From Rhodothermales bacterium (GTDB taxonomy: Bacteria; Bacteroidota; Rhodothermia; Rhodothermales; VXPQ01): a stretch of DNA of 64,000 nucleotides. The position numbers were made by a program, and so were the translations under genes. This document shows, one piece after another, positions 49,322 through 58,006 of the stretch. Positions within the stretch are counted from its first letter, which is position 1. Each line of letters opens with the position of its first letter. The stretch spans positions 831,049 to 895,048 of the forward strand of contig OZ246975.1 of NCBI GenBank assembly GCA_965232485.1, read 5' to 3'. The notes beneath the pieces are model-generated. The model was given only the letters and a program-made list of their open reading frames with translations, did no database searches and was not told where the DNA came from.

Positions 49322-51049
49322 CTATTCCAGGGGCATTTTTGCGGCCCGATCCCACAATGTCATGGCTTCTTGCAGCACAGGATCGACGTCGCTTATCGTT
49401 TGGTACCACATGCTCCGGTCGTACGCGCGCTGCCCAATGCGCGCCTTGATGCGCGTCATCAGCAACGCCCGATCAGCTTCGGCCTCCGAACGGCTGAACC
49501 ACCGCCCTTCCCGGTCGGATTCGTCCTCGCGGGAAAGTTCCGGGCTGTCGTCCGGGACTACATGGACGCCTTGCTGGTCGAGAAACGCCAGAAACGCATC
49601 GAATGCATCCGGGGCGAACGTAAAATGCCCGATGAAATCGTCCCGCCGCGTTGCCCATGCTTCCTGAAAGGCGACCCCGTGCTGGTCGAGCCAGGCCCGC
49701 GCATAGGCATTGTCCTGCGATCGTCCGATAACCATTCGGGCAAAAGACGACAGGGAATCCGGGTAAACGATCACATCCGGCAAAATCCCTCCGCCGCCGA
49801 ACACGGTGCGCCCTCCGGTCGTGATATATTTCAGCGAGTCGGGCAGCGCGTCCTGAATTTCCGATACGCTCAAGGCGCTTTCTCGCCGATAGCGATCCAG
49901 CTTCGATGCGTAGTAGTCGTCGTCTGTTTCTCCGAGGGCGTACGGCGTCTGGATAAGGCGGCCCGACGGCGTATAAAAGCGTGAAATGGTGATGCGCAGC
50001 GCGCTTTCGTCGCGCAAGGGGAACTGCTTCTGAACAAGGCCCTTGCCGAACGTACGCCGCCCCACTACAAGCGCCCGGTCATGATCCTGCACCGCGCCGG
50101 CCACGATTTCGCTGGCCGAGGCGGAATTTTCATTGACCAGCACGATGAGAGACCCATGCTCGAAACGCCCGCGGCCGCGGGCGTAATTTTGCTGGCTGTA
50201 CTCGGATAGGCGGCCTCGGGCCTCGACAATCATTTGGCCGTCCGCCAGAAATTCATCGGCGATCTGCACCGCCATTTCCATGAATCCGCCCGCGTTGTCG
50301 CGCAAATCAAGCACAAGGCGCTGCATGCCTTGTTGCTGCAAGGCGTCCATGCCCTCAATAAACTCGGCCCAGGTGGTGCGCGCAAACCGATTCAACCGGA
50401 TATACCCGGTCTGCTCGTCCAGCATGTAGTGCGCGTCCATGGTCCAGAAAGGAATCTTGTCGCGCGTAATCTCAAACGCAAGCGGCTCCTCGTAGCCTGG
50501 ACGCTTCACCGTGACTTTGACCCGGGTGCCCCGCGGTCCCTTCAACGTACGCCCAACGTCCTCCGCGGAAAAACCAATGGCCGACGAATCGCCCACGGCC
50601 ACAATCCGGTCCCCGGAAAGCATGCCCGCGGCTTCGCTGGGCCCGCCCGGCAAGGGATTGAGCACGGCCACCGTGTCCAGGCCATTCGGACCGGGAATGA
50701 TCTCGAATGCTATGCCGATTCCATCGAAAGAAGCGTCAAAATCCTCTTGCACCCGCTGCATCGCCTCTGCATCGATATAGATCGAATGAGGATCAAGTTC
50801 GTCGAGCATCCCATGGATGGCGCTCTCGGTCAACTGCGACGCAGAAACCTCCTGCACGTATCGCTCGCTGATCATGAGATACGCATCTTCAAGTTTCCTC
50901 AGCGACTCCGCCGTATTATTCCGAAAGACCACGGCGTTCAGCTCGAACCCGAGGACAATGCCCACAGCCAAAACGACCGCGCCGAAGAGGTATGTCTTCC
51001 GATCCCGTTTCATGCCTGACCTGGTCATTTTTTCAACCATAGCATCCAT
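49322..51049 (-). CDS. S41-family C-terminal processing peptidase
   Basis: Track ORF 49322..51877. Only the part from MDAMVEKMTRSGMKRDRKTYLFGAVVLAVGIVL (TM anchor) onward is credible. It has a PDZ domain (GDRIVAVGD) and S41 motifs (LDLRDNAGG, NENSASASEIVAGAVQD, GRRTFGKGLVQ). Alternative starts are 51028 and 51013. Confidence 0.88.
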   Translation of the reverse strand: MDAMVEKMTRSGMKRDRKTYLFGAVVLAVGIVLGFELNAVVFRNNTAESLRKLEDAYLMISERYVQEVSASQLTESAIHGMLDELDPHSIYIDAEAMQRVQEDFDASFDGIGIAFEIIPGPNGLDTVAVLNPLPGGPSEAAGMLSGDRIVAVGDSSAIGFSAEDVGRTLKGPRGTRVKVTVKRPGYEEPLAFEITRDKIPFWTMDAHYMLDEQTGYIRLNRFARTTWAEFIEGMDALQQQGMQRLVLDLRDNAGGFMEMAVQIADEFLADGQMIVEARGRLSEYSQQNYARGRGRFEHGSLIVLVNENSASASEIVAGAVQDHDRALVVGRRTFGKGLVQKQFPLRDESALRITISRFYTPSGRLIQTPYALGETDDDYYASKLDRYRRESALSVSEIQDALPDSLKYITTGGRTVFGGGGILPDVIVYPDSLSSFARMVIGRSQDNAYARAWLDQHGVAFQEAWATRRDDFIGHFTFAPDAFDAFLAFLDQQGVHVVPDDSPELSREDESDREGRWFSRSEAEADRALLMTRIKARIGQRAYDRSMWYQTISDVDPVLQEAMTLWDRAAKMPLE

Positions 51050-51181
51050 AAAGAAAACCTCCCGCGCGGAAAAGCGTGAACTGTTCCCCCGCCCCGGCAT
51101 ACTATGCTGCCGCAGGGCAAACCCTGCGATGCAGCAAAGATACAAGAAGCGGTAACACAGGATCCCATGCAAAGTTCGTTT

Positions 51182-52864
51182 ATGAACGCCAACCAGGATA
51201 TTGCGCGCCTGTTTAAGGAGACCGCCGCCCTCATCGAGATTACGGGCGGCAATGCATTCCGGGCCCGCGCTTTCGCCAGGGCCAGCCGCCTCGTAGCCGG
51301 GTTGGAAGAAGACGTGGCCGAGCTTGCCGCAGCGGGTTCTCTTGAAACGTTGCCCGGCGTCGGAGCCGGTCTTGCGGCGCAGATACAGGAAATTCTCGAC
51401 CGGGGCGTTTTCGATCTGTACGAAACGTTGCGCGCCGACATTCCGCCCGGCTTGCCCGACGTCTTGCGCGTCAAGGGGCTGGGCGCCCGGAAAGTGCGGC
51501 GGCTCTGGCAGGAACTGGACATCGCCTCCGTAGAGGAACTGGAGCAGGCAGCCTTTAGCGGGCGGCTCGCCGACGTCAGCGGATTCGGCCCCAAAATGCA
51601 GGCGGCCATTCTCGAAAACATTCGCCTCCTGAAACAATATGAGGGACGGCTGCGATACGACCAGGCGCTGGACGAGGCCCTGCATTGCATGGAGGCCATC
51701 CAGGGGATGAACGAAGTCCTCGAAGTCCGGCTGGCGGGGGCCCTCCGACGGAATATGGACGTCGTGGACAGCATCGAACTGGCGATCGCGGCCGAGATCC
51801 CCGAACAAGCTTGCCTGGCGCTGGCCAAATGGTGGACAAGAAAGGAAAAACAGGCGGACGGAACGTACGTCCTGCACGCTACGCTGGACAACGAACTCCC
51901 CCTGCGCATGTATGTTGCTACGCCGGAGCAGTACGGCGCGACGCTATGGAAAGCCACGGGATCGGCGGCGCACGTAGCTGCGATGCAGGCCCGGCGCGAT
52001 CTTCCCCGCGAAGCGCCTTCCGAACGCGCCTTGTTCGACGCCGCGAACCTGCCGTTCATCGATCCCGCCATTCGGGAAGACGCGGGAGAGATTGAAGCGG
52101 CGGCCCAAAACGAACTGCCGAACCTCGTAGCGTACGAGGATATTCGGGGCACGCTGCACAATCACTCTACCTGGAGCGACGGCAGGCATACCTTGCGCCA
52201 AATGACCGACGCCGCGCTCGCCCGAGGCTATTCGTACTACGGCGTATGCGATCACAGCCAGTCTCTGGTCATCGCCAACGGACTCAGCATTGAGAAGGTA
52301 TATGCGCAACAGGAGGAAATTCGCGCCCTGAACGAGATGTACGGAAGCCGCATGCAGGTATTCAGCGGCACCGAATGCGATATCCTTTCGGACGGATCGC
52401 TGGATTATCCGGAGGATGTGCTGGCTACGTTCGATCTGGTTGTGGCGGCGATCCATACCCGTTTCGAAATGTCCGAACAGGAAGCAACCGAACGACTCGT
52501 TCGGGCCATCGAGCATCCCCGCACGATGATTCTTGCACATCCGACCGGACGCTTGCTGCTAAGGCGGAATGGCTATCCCATCCGGCACGAAAAGGTCATT
52601 GACGCGTGTGCGGCGAACGGCGTAGCCCTTGAACTGAATGCGAATCCCTACCGGCTGGACATCGACTGGCGCTGGATACGGCGCGCAACGGACCGGGGCG
52701 TTCCCATCTCCATCAACCCCGACGCCCATGCGATCGGTCAGCTGGACCACATGAAAATCGGCGTGCTGATTGCTCGAAAAGGATGGCTTGCGCCTGAGCA
52801 ATGCCTGAATGCCCGAAGCGTAGAAGAGTTTTCGGCCTGGCTCGACCGCAAACGATCCCGTTAA
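51182..52864 (+). CDS. polX: DNA polymerase/3'-5' exonuclease PolX (Pol beta-like domain plus PHP domain)
   Basis: Track ORF 51104..52864, with the start at MNANQDIARLFKETAALIEITGGNAFRARAF (HhH). The C-terminal PHP domain has LHNHSTWSDG...GVCDHS...TECDI...AAIH...ILAHPTG. An alternative start is 51167. Confidence 0.88.
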   Translation: MNANQDIARLFKETAALIEITGGNAFRARAFARASRLVAGLEEDVAELAAAGSLETLPGVGAGLAAQIQEILDRGVFDLYETLRADIPPGLPDVLRVKGLGARKVRRLWQELDIASVEELEQAAFSGRLADVSGFGPKMQAAILENIRLLKQYEGRLRYDQALDEALHCMEAIQGMNEVLEVRLAGALRRNMDVVDSIELAIAAEIPEQACLALAKWWTRKEKQADGTYVLHATLDNELPLRMYVATPEQYGATLWKATGSAAHVAAMQARRDLPREAPSERALFDAANLPFIDPAIREDAGEIEAAAQNELPNLVAYEDIRGTLHNHSTWSDGRHTLRQMTDAALARGYSYYGVCDHSQSLVIANGLSIEKVYAQQEEIRALNEMYGSRMQVFSGTECDILSDGSLDYPEDVLATFDLVVAAIHTRFEMSEQEATERLVRAIEHPRTMILAHPTGRLLLRRNGYPIRHEKVIDACAANGVALELNANPYRLDIDWRWIRRATDRGVPISINPDAHAIGQLDHMKIGVLIARKGWLAPEQCLNARSVEEFSAWLDRKRSR

Positions 52865-52887
52865 CGCCCCGAAACGAGTTGACTTAC

Positions 52888-54933
52888 ATGCGAAAACGGA
52901 TCGTCCTCCCGGTGGCCGCGGCCTTGTGCCTCGTCGTCGCTTGCGGAGTTGTCCTGTATTTGTCGTACGGCCTGCCCGCCTCGCCGGCGCAAGCCGACGT
53001 ACCCGGACTGGACGCGACCGTCCGCCTTGTCGTCTACGAAAACGGGGCGGCGGCCATAGACGCCGCCTCTCCGCGCGACGCCTATGCAGGGCTTGGGTAT
53101 CTGCATGCGCAGGAGCACGCCTGGGCCATGACCTTATGGCAAAGAACCGCCCGGGGCGCCCTGTCGCCGTGGCTTGGCCAGGAATTGCTGGCCATAGACC
53201 GATTGGCCAAGCGCCTCCGGATTGCCTCCATGAGCAAAGCCGCGTACGCCGCCCTGCCTCCAGGCGACCGGAACCTGCTCGACGCCTATGTGGACGGCGT
53301 GAATGCTGTGATCGCCCGGCGGCGAACCGAACAATTGCCCGAATTCGTCTTGCTTGACGTCGCCCCGGAACCGTGGGAATCCTGGTTTCCTCTGGCGATC
53401 GAGCGGCTGTTTGCATGGCTCTCCGTGACGTTGCCGCAGCCCGACTCCCTGCAAAACGCTCCGCCCGCGCTGAACGCGCTGCGGGAAGAGCATCGTCTCC
53501 TGCAAGAATGGCTGCACCTGCACGGATTCGATCACAGCATGGCCTGGGCAATCACAGACAGCGCCGGCGCGCAGTTGACCCAGCGGCAGGTATACGGCGC
53601 CTCGGCGTTGCCCCTGTTTCAGGAAGTAACCATGACATATCCCGGCCAAACGGCCATGGGGGCTACCTGGATCGGCGCACCGTTCATGCCCGCTGGCCGC
53701 ACAAGCGCCCGCGCCTGGGCAATCCTGCCCGCAAGCACCGCATCCTTGCATGTTTCTGCGGACGATGCGCCCGCATTTACATTCGAATACGAAAAATGGG
53801 CCGTCGCCGGGGGGCAGGAAGCGATCATGCGTTTCCGGCGAGACGAGGGCGCGCTGTTTCTCGGAACGGATTCCCTGTCGGCGAGTCAGGCAGCCCCGGC
53901 GCCTTCGGATACGCTCGGCGAACAAGATAGCGCGGCGATCAGCCTGTATCTGACCTGGCCGGGCTGGGAGCCCGTCAGCGATGCGGCGGCCTGGTTCGGA
54001 TTGCTGTCCGGGACGGATGCGCCGTTCGCGCTACAGGATGGCGACGGACTGATTGTGACGCGCAAGGATTCCCTTCGCGTCACAGGCGCGCCCCTGTTCG
54101 CGATCCGGCGGGACGGCGTCGTGGCCGTCGGCAATAACCCCTGGTCCGCGCTCGCAGCCCAGCGCCTTGCCGCGCGCACAGAAAACGCATCGAACAGGAC
54201 GGAAGACGCGGCGGAGGCGGACGATCTGCGCAGCGCATGGGCCGCAAACATAACGCCCCGGCTCATCGAAACCCTGTCAGCGACACAGGCAGATAACCGC
54301 CCGGCGCTTTTCGAGGACGCCCTGAACTATCTGCGAAACTGGGATTACGCCTTCGACGCAGCCAGCATTCCGGCCACGATCGCAGACACATGGGCCAGCG
54401 TATATTTCGATAGCATGGGGACATGGCCGGGCTTGTCGTCGGATAGCGCTGCGGTTGGCCCCGCCCGGCCGGAAACGCTTCGCATCGAACAGCGGATTAT
54501 GGAACGAACCGTAACTGCGCTTACCGAACGACTCGGAGCGAACACGCAGCAATGGCGCTGGGAAAATGCGCAGCCGCATACCTGGTATTTTCCCGTATGG
54601 TCTATGGATAATGCGTCCAGCGGCAAAACGGGCGCGGCGGCCAGTCGATACGCGCCGATACAGCTTCCCGGAGCCGGGCATGTAACCACGTTGCAGTACG
54701 GAGTATCTCAGTCCGAGCAAGCATTGCCGGCGCCTGCCCGCTGGGAAGCCTGGATTTCGACCTCGGCGCGGCAGGTTCTGCGCTATCGCGTCCGCCGGTT
54801 TCCCGTGCATCGCCCCTTTGGAAGGTATCTGGTTTCAAAACGCGCCCCCCGCCCCGCGGTCTTGCGCGCAGACAGGCTCCGTGAAGAAAACGGGGAACCG
54901 GTCCGATCCGTCACTACGCTTTCGCCCGAATAA
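52888..54933 (+). CDS. penicillin acylase-family (Ntn hydrolase, S45) protein
   Basis: Track ORF 52801..54933, with the start at MRKRIVLPVAAALCLVVAC. The alpha-subunit pattern is DAYAGLGYLHAQEHAWAMTLWQRTARG...LLDAYVDGVNA. The candidate autoprocessing site is HSMAWAI. Confidence 0.75.
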   Translation: MRKRIVLPVAAALCLVVACGVVLYLSYGLPASPAQADVPGLDATVRLVVYENGAAAIDAASPRDAYAGLGYLHAQEHAWAMTLWQRTARGALSPWLGQELLAIDRLAKRLRIASMSKAAYAALPPGDRNLLDAYVDGVNAVIARRRTEQLPEFVLLDVAPEPWESWFPLAIERLFAWLSVTLPQPDSLQNAPPALNALREEHRLLQEWLHLHGFDHSMAWAITDSAGAQLTQRQVYGASALPLFQEVTMTYPGQTAMGATWIGAPFMPAGRTSARAWAILPASTASLHVSADDAPAFTFEYEKWAVAGGQEAIMRFRRDEGALFLGTDSLSASQAAPAPSDTLGEQDSAAISLYLTWPGWEPVSDAAAWFGLLSGTDAPFALQDGDGLIVTRKDSLRVTGAPLFAIRRDGVVAVGNNPWSALAAQRLAARTENASNRTEDAAEADDLRSAWAANITPRLIETLSATQADNRPALFEDALNYLRNWDYAFDAASIPATIADTWASVYFDSMGTWPGLSSDSAAVGPARPETLRIEQRIMERTVTALTERLGANTQQWRWENAQPHTWYFPVWSMDNASSGKTGAAASRYAPIQLPGAGHVTTLQYGVSQSEQALPAPARWEAWISTSARQVLRYRVRRFPVHRPFGRYLVSKRAPRPAVLRADRLREENGEPVRSVTTLSPE

Positions 54934-54937
54934 CGCC

Positions 54938-55867
54938 ATGTCGTCCAACGAACGCATCTATGTCGGCGTCGACGCCGGCGGCTCCAAAACCGAGTTGCTG
55001 GCCGCAAAAACGCAGGAGGAAGAACTCCTGAACCTGTTTGGCCCCTGCGGAAATCCCGCCCGTACGGGATTTGAGGAATCGGCGGATGTCCTGACCCGGC
55101 TGATCCTGCAAATGATCGACCATTTCGGCGAGGAACGCATTGCCTCCGTATGCGCCGGCGTAGCCGGAGCGGGACGCCCGCAAGATCAGCAACTGCTTTA
55201 CGAAAGCGTCCGGGCGCGCCTGCCCGCCTCGACATGCGATATTCCGCTGTGCGTGACGCACGATAGCCGCATCGCTCTGGAAGCCGCCTTTGAGGGAAAA
55301 AGTGGCGTTATGGCGATAGCCGGCACCGGCACCGTATCGCTGGCCCGCACCCGAACGGGCGAATTTCTGCGGGTCGGGGGGTGGGGCTACCTCATCGGAG
55401 ACGAAGGAAGCGGATATGCCCTCGGCGCCGCCGGACTGCGCGCCGTGGCGCACGCATTCGACGGAGGACCCGATACGGCGCTGCGAACCCTGCTCGCCGA
55501 ATCGGGAGAGATCGCCGACAGGACAGACCTTTTCGAGGTGGCGTACAAGGCCAAAACGCCCCTGCAAAAATTTGCCCGCGCCGTGATCGAAGCAGCACAG
55601 GCCGGGGACGCCGTCGCGGGAGCGATTATCCGGAAAAATATCGCCCTGCTCGCCGAGCAAATAGGCTGGCTTGTCGCAAGGCGCACCGATATACGCACCC
55701 GGATTACGCTGCTGGGCGGGCTGTCGAGCAACACATTCTACCGGAAACGCCTCCAATGCGCCCTCCTCGAACGCCTGCCCGAATGGGAATGGATGGAACC
55801 GCTGAACCGACCCGTCGTCGGCGCATGGCGCATGGCGCGGGACCAATCTATTCCTTCGGATACCTGA
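54938..55867 (+). CDS. BadF/BadG/BcrA/BcrD-type ATPase (N-acetylglucosamine kinase-like)
   Basis: Track ORF 54818..55867, with the start at MSSNERIYVGVDAGGSKTE. Motifs: AGVAGAG and GWGYLIGDEGSGYALG, the ASKHA fold. Confidence 0.82.
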   Translation: MSSNERIYVGVDAGGSKTELLAAKTQEEELLNLFGPCGNPARTGFEESADVLTRLILQMIDHFGEERIASVCAGVAGAGRPQDQQLLYESVRARLPASTCDIPLCVTHDSRIALEAAFEGKSGVMAIAGTGTVSLARTRTGEFLRVGGWGYLIGDEGSGYALGAAGLRAVAHAFDGGPDTALRTLLAESGEIADRTDLFEVAYKAKTPLQKFARAVIEAAQAGDAVAGAIIRKNIALLAEQIGWLVARRTDIRTRITLLGGLSSNTFYRKRLQCALLERLPEWEWMEPLNRPVVGAWRMARDQSIPSDT

Positions 55868-57491
55868 CCCGCTCGACCATATCCCGGACAGAAACCGGGC
55901 AATCCGGGGTGCACAGCGAAACCCCGATCGTAACGGCGAAATTGAGCAGCATGCCAATGACGCCGACGCCCTGCGCGCCAATGCCCAGGAAACTCTCCAG
56001 CACGGGCTCCTCCATCCCCGGAATCACGTTTTGCGCCCGCATGAGCGCAATCATCGCGAAGGTGAAGACCAGGCCCACGCTCATGCCCGCAATGGCGCCC
56101 TCCCGGTTCGCGCGCTTCCAGAAAATGCCCAGGACGATAACCGGAAAGAACGAGGCGGCGGCCAGGCCGAAAGCGAACGCCACCACCTCGGCCACGAACC
56201 CCAGCGGATACACCCCGAAAACGCCCGCCACGATCACCGCAAGAAAAATCATGGCCCGGCCTACGAAAAGGCGTTGTTTTTCGGACGCCTCGGGACGAAT
56301 CACCGACCCGTAAATATCGTGCGCCAGCGCCGAGGAAATCACCAAGAGCAACCCGGACGCCGTGGACAACGCCGCCGCCAATCCGCCTGCCGCCACCAGG
56401 GCCACGACGATCGCCGGCAATTGAGCGATTTCAGGGGTAGCCAGCACGATAATGTCCCGGTTGATCGCCTCAAGGAGTTGGTCGGCTGTCTGGATGCCCC
56501 CCTCGGGAATGGCGATCAATCCGGTAGCCGCCCAATTCTGAATCCAGCTCTCCTCCGCGATGGCCGGGCCCAGTTCTGCAAACTGCTGCAGGATGTGGTA
56601 TTTGGCGAACATGGCTACTGCGGGCGCGGTCGTGTAGAGTATCCCGATAAACAGAAGCGCCCAGAATGCCGACCAGCGCGCCGCTTGCACATTCTTGACC
56701 GTGTAAAACCGGACAATGACATGCGGAAGCCCAGCCGTCCCGGCCATCAGGCAGAGCGTGATGGCGAACACATTCAGTTTGGAAAGACCCGTGAACGGAT
56801 TCGAATAACTCGACAGGCCCAGGTCGTGCTGAATGGCGTTCAGCTTGGGAAGAATTTCTTCGATGGCCAGCTGGGGTACGGGATTCCCGGTGAGCAACAA
56901 CGCAATGGCGATGGCGGGAACCGTATAGGCGAAAATGAGCACGCAATACTGCGCCACCTGCGTGTACGTGATCCCTTTCATGCCCCCGAGCACCGCAAAA
57001 AACGCCACGACCACCATGCCAATGCCCACCCCCAGCTCGAACGGAATCTCCAGAAAACGCCCGAACGCCACCCCGACGCCCGCCATCTGCCCGGCCACAT
57101 ACGTAAAGGAAACGAAAATGGCGGCGATGGCGGCGACGACCCGCGCGGCTCTGGAATAATACCGCGCGCCCACGAAATCCGGCACGGTGTATTGTCCGAA
57201 CTTGCGCAGGAAAGGCGCGAGGAGCAGCGCCAGCAACACATAGCCCCCCGTCCATCCCATCAAATAGACCGCGCCGTCGTAGCCCATAAACGAAATCAGC
57301 CCGGCCATGGAAATAAACGAGGCCGCGCTCATCCAGTCCGCCGCGGTCGCCGCGCCGTTGGCGATGGCGGGCACGCCCTGTCCGGCCACATAGAACCCCT
57401 TGGTCGATCGGACCCGGCTCCGGTACCCGATATACAAGTAGAGCGAAAACGTCAGGCCGACCGTAACCCAGGTCCAGGATTGAATATCCAT
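55848..57491 (-). CDS. actP: sodium:solute symporter, cation/acetate symporter ActP-like
   Basis: 547-aa ORF with about 13 TM helices. The motif FYVAGQGVPAIANGAATAADWMSAASFISMAG is typical of the ActP/SSF clade that pairs with DUF4212. Confidence 0.85.
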   Translation of the reverse strand: MDIQSWTWVTVGLTFSLYLYIGYRSRVRSTKGFYVAGQGVPAIANGAATAADWMSAASFISMAGLISFMGYDGAVYLMGWTGGYVLLALLLAPFLRKFGQYTVPDFVGARYYSRAARVVAAIAAIFVSFTYVAGQMAGVGVAFGRFLEIPFELGVGIGMVVVAFFAVLGGMKGITYTQVAQYCVLIFAYTVPAIAIALLLTGNPVPQLAIEEILPKLNAIQHDLGLSSYSNPFTGLSKLNVFAITLCLMAGTAGLPHVIVRFYTVKNVQAARWSAFWALLFIGILYTTAPAVAMFAKYHILQQFAELGPAIAEESWIQNWAATGLIAIPEGGIQTADQLLEAINRDIIVLATPEIAQLPAIVVALVAAGGLAAALSTASGLLLVISSALAHDIYGSVIRPEASEKQRLFVGRAMIFLAVIVAGVFGVYPLGFVAEVVAFAFGLAAASFFPVIVLGIFWKRANREGAIAGMSVGLVFTFAMIALMRAQNVIPGMEEPVLESFLGIGAQGVGVIGMLLNFAVTIGVSLCTPDCPVSVRDMVERVRYPKE

Positions 57492-57492
57492 A

Positions 57493-57703
57493 GGATGCTC
57501 TGATTAAGTCCGCAAAGGTTCAGAGGCTGACAGAGGCGCGCTGGCTGTGTCATTCCTCATTATGCGGGGCCTCCCGAAAGGCGCTTCACGACCGCGACGC
57601 CCCGGATCCGCCGCGTTTTTCGCTGATTTCAACAACGCCATCATATCGCTCCTTTACGGGTGAAAGTGAAGCGCGGAGCGAAGTGGACTTGATCAGAGCA
57701 TCC
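57493..57703 (+). repeat. intergenic inverted-repeat (MITE/Correia-like) element, full-length copy B, 211 bp
   Basis: The termini are GGATGCTCTGATTAAGTCCGC (57493-57513) and GTGGACTTGATCAGAGCATCC (57683-57703), complementary at 19/21. The core is CGCGTTTTTCGCTGATTTCAAC (57612-57633). An internal 9-bp stem pairs 57581-57589 with 57666-57674. The element fills the whole gap between DUF4212 and actP. Confidence 0.8.
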
Positions 57704-57709
57704 CATAGA

Positions 57710-57997
57710 TTATCCCTCGCGGGACGGCGGCGCCGCATCGTCTTCGGCGTCGGGTTCAAGAATCGCTTCGCGGTCGGCGCGCCCGCTGAGCCACGCGTAC
57801 AGGAAGATGAGCAGAATGAATACGTAAATAGACCCCTGTTGCGCCATCCAGAATCCGAACGGCATATCTCCAAAAGATATTCGGTTGAGCTGCTCGACGA
57901 AGAGAATGCTGCATCCGAGGCCCGCAACGGCCCAGACGAAAAGCAACAAACCGGTCCGCCGAAGCTGCCGGCGCCAGTAGGCTTTGGCGACATGCAT
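57710..57997 (-). CDS. DUF4212 small membrane subunit of the sodium/solute symporter
   Basis: 95-aa ORF with two TM helices. The motif FGFWMAQQGSIYVFILLIFLYA is characteristic of DUF4212. Confidence 0.85.
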   Translation of the reverse strand: MHVAKAYWRRQLRRTGLLLFVWAVAGLGCSILFVEQLNRISFGDMPFGFWMAQQGSIYVFILLIFLYAWLSGRADREAILEPDAEDDAAPPSREG

Positions 57998-58006
57998 GGC
58001 GATTCG

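Noticed and set aside
51050-51877. The N-terminal 276 codons of the 851-aa ORF 49322..51877.
   Set aside because: This part overlaps the polX gene on the other strand and has no peptidase similarity. The S41 peptidase homology and its TM anchor begin at the Met cluster at 51013-51049.
57504-57644. A 46-aa ORF inside repeat copy B with a strong Shine-Dalgarno (AAGGAG-5 nt-ATGATG), translated MMALLKSAKNAADPGRRGREAPFGR.... Similar N-termini occur in copy A (track ORF 26706..27182, MAAALKSAQNTADSVRRGREAPFGR...), in copy D (MTLASLKSAENAK...) and in copy C (LKPAKNASAS...).
   Set aside because: The similarity is explained by nucleotide-level repeat conservation. Substitutions show no third-position bias. 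ORF lengths and C-termini differ completely between copies, copy C lacks an ATG and copy A lacks an SD. It is more likely fortuitous, although a translated micro-ORF in copy B cannot be excluded.
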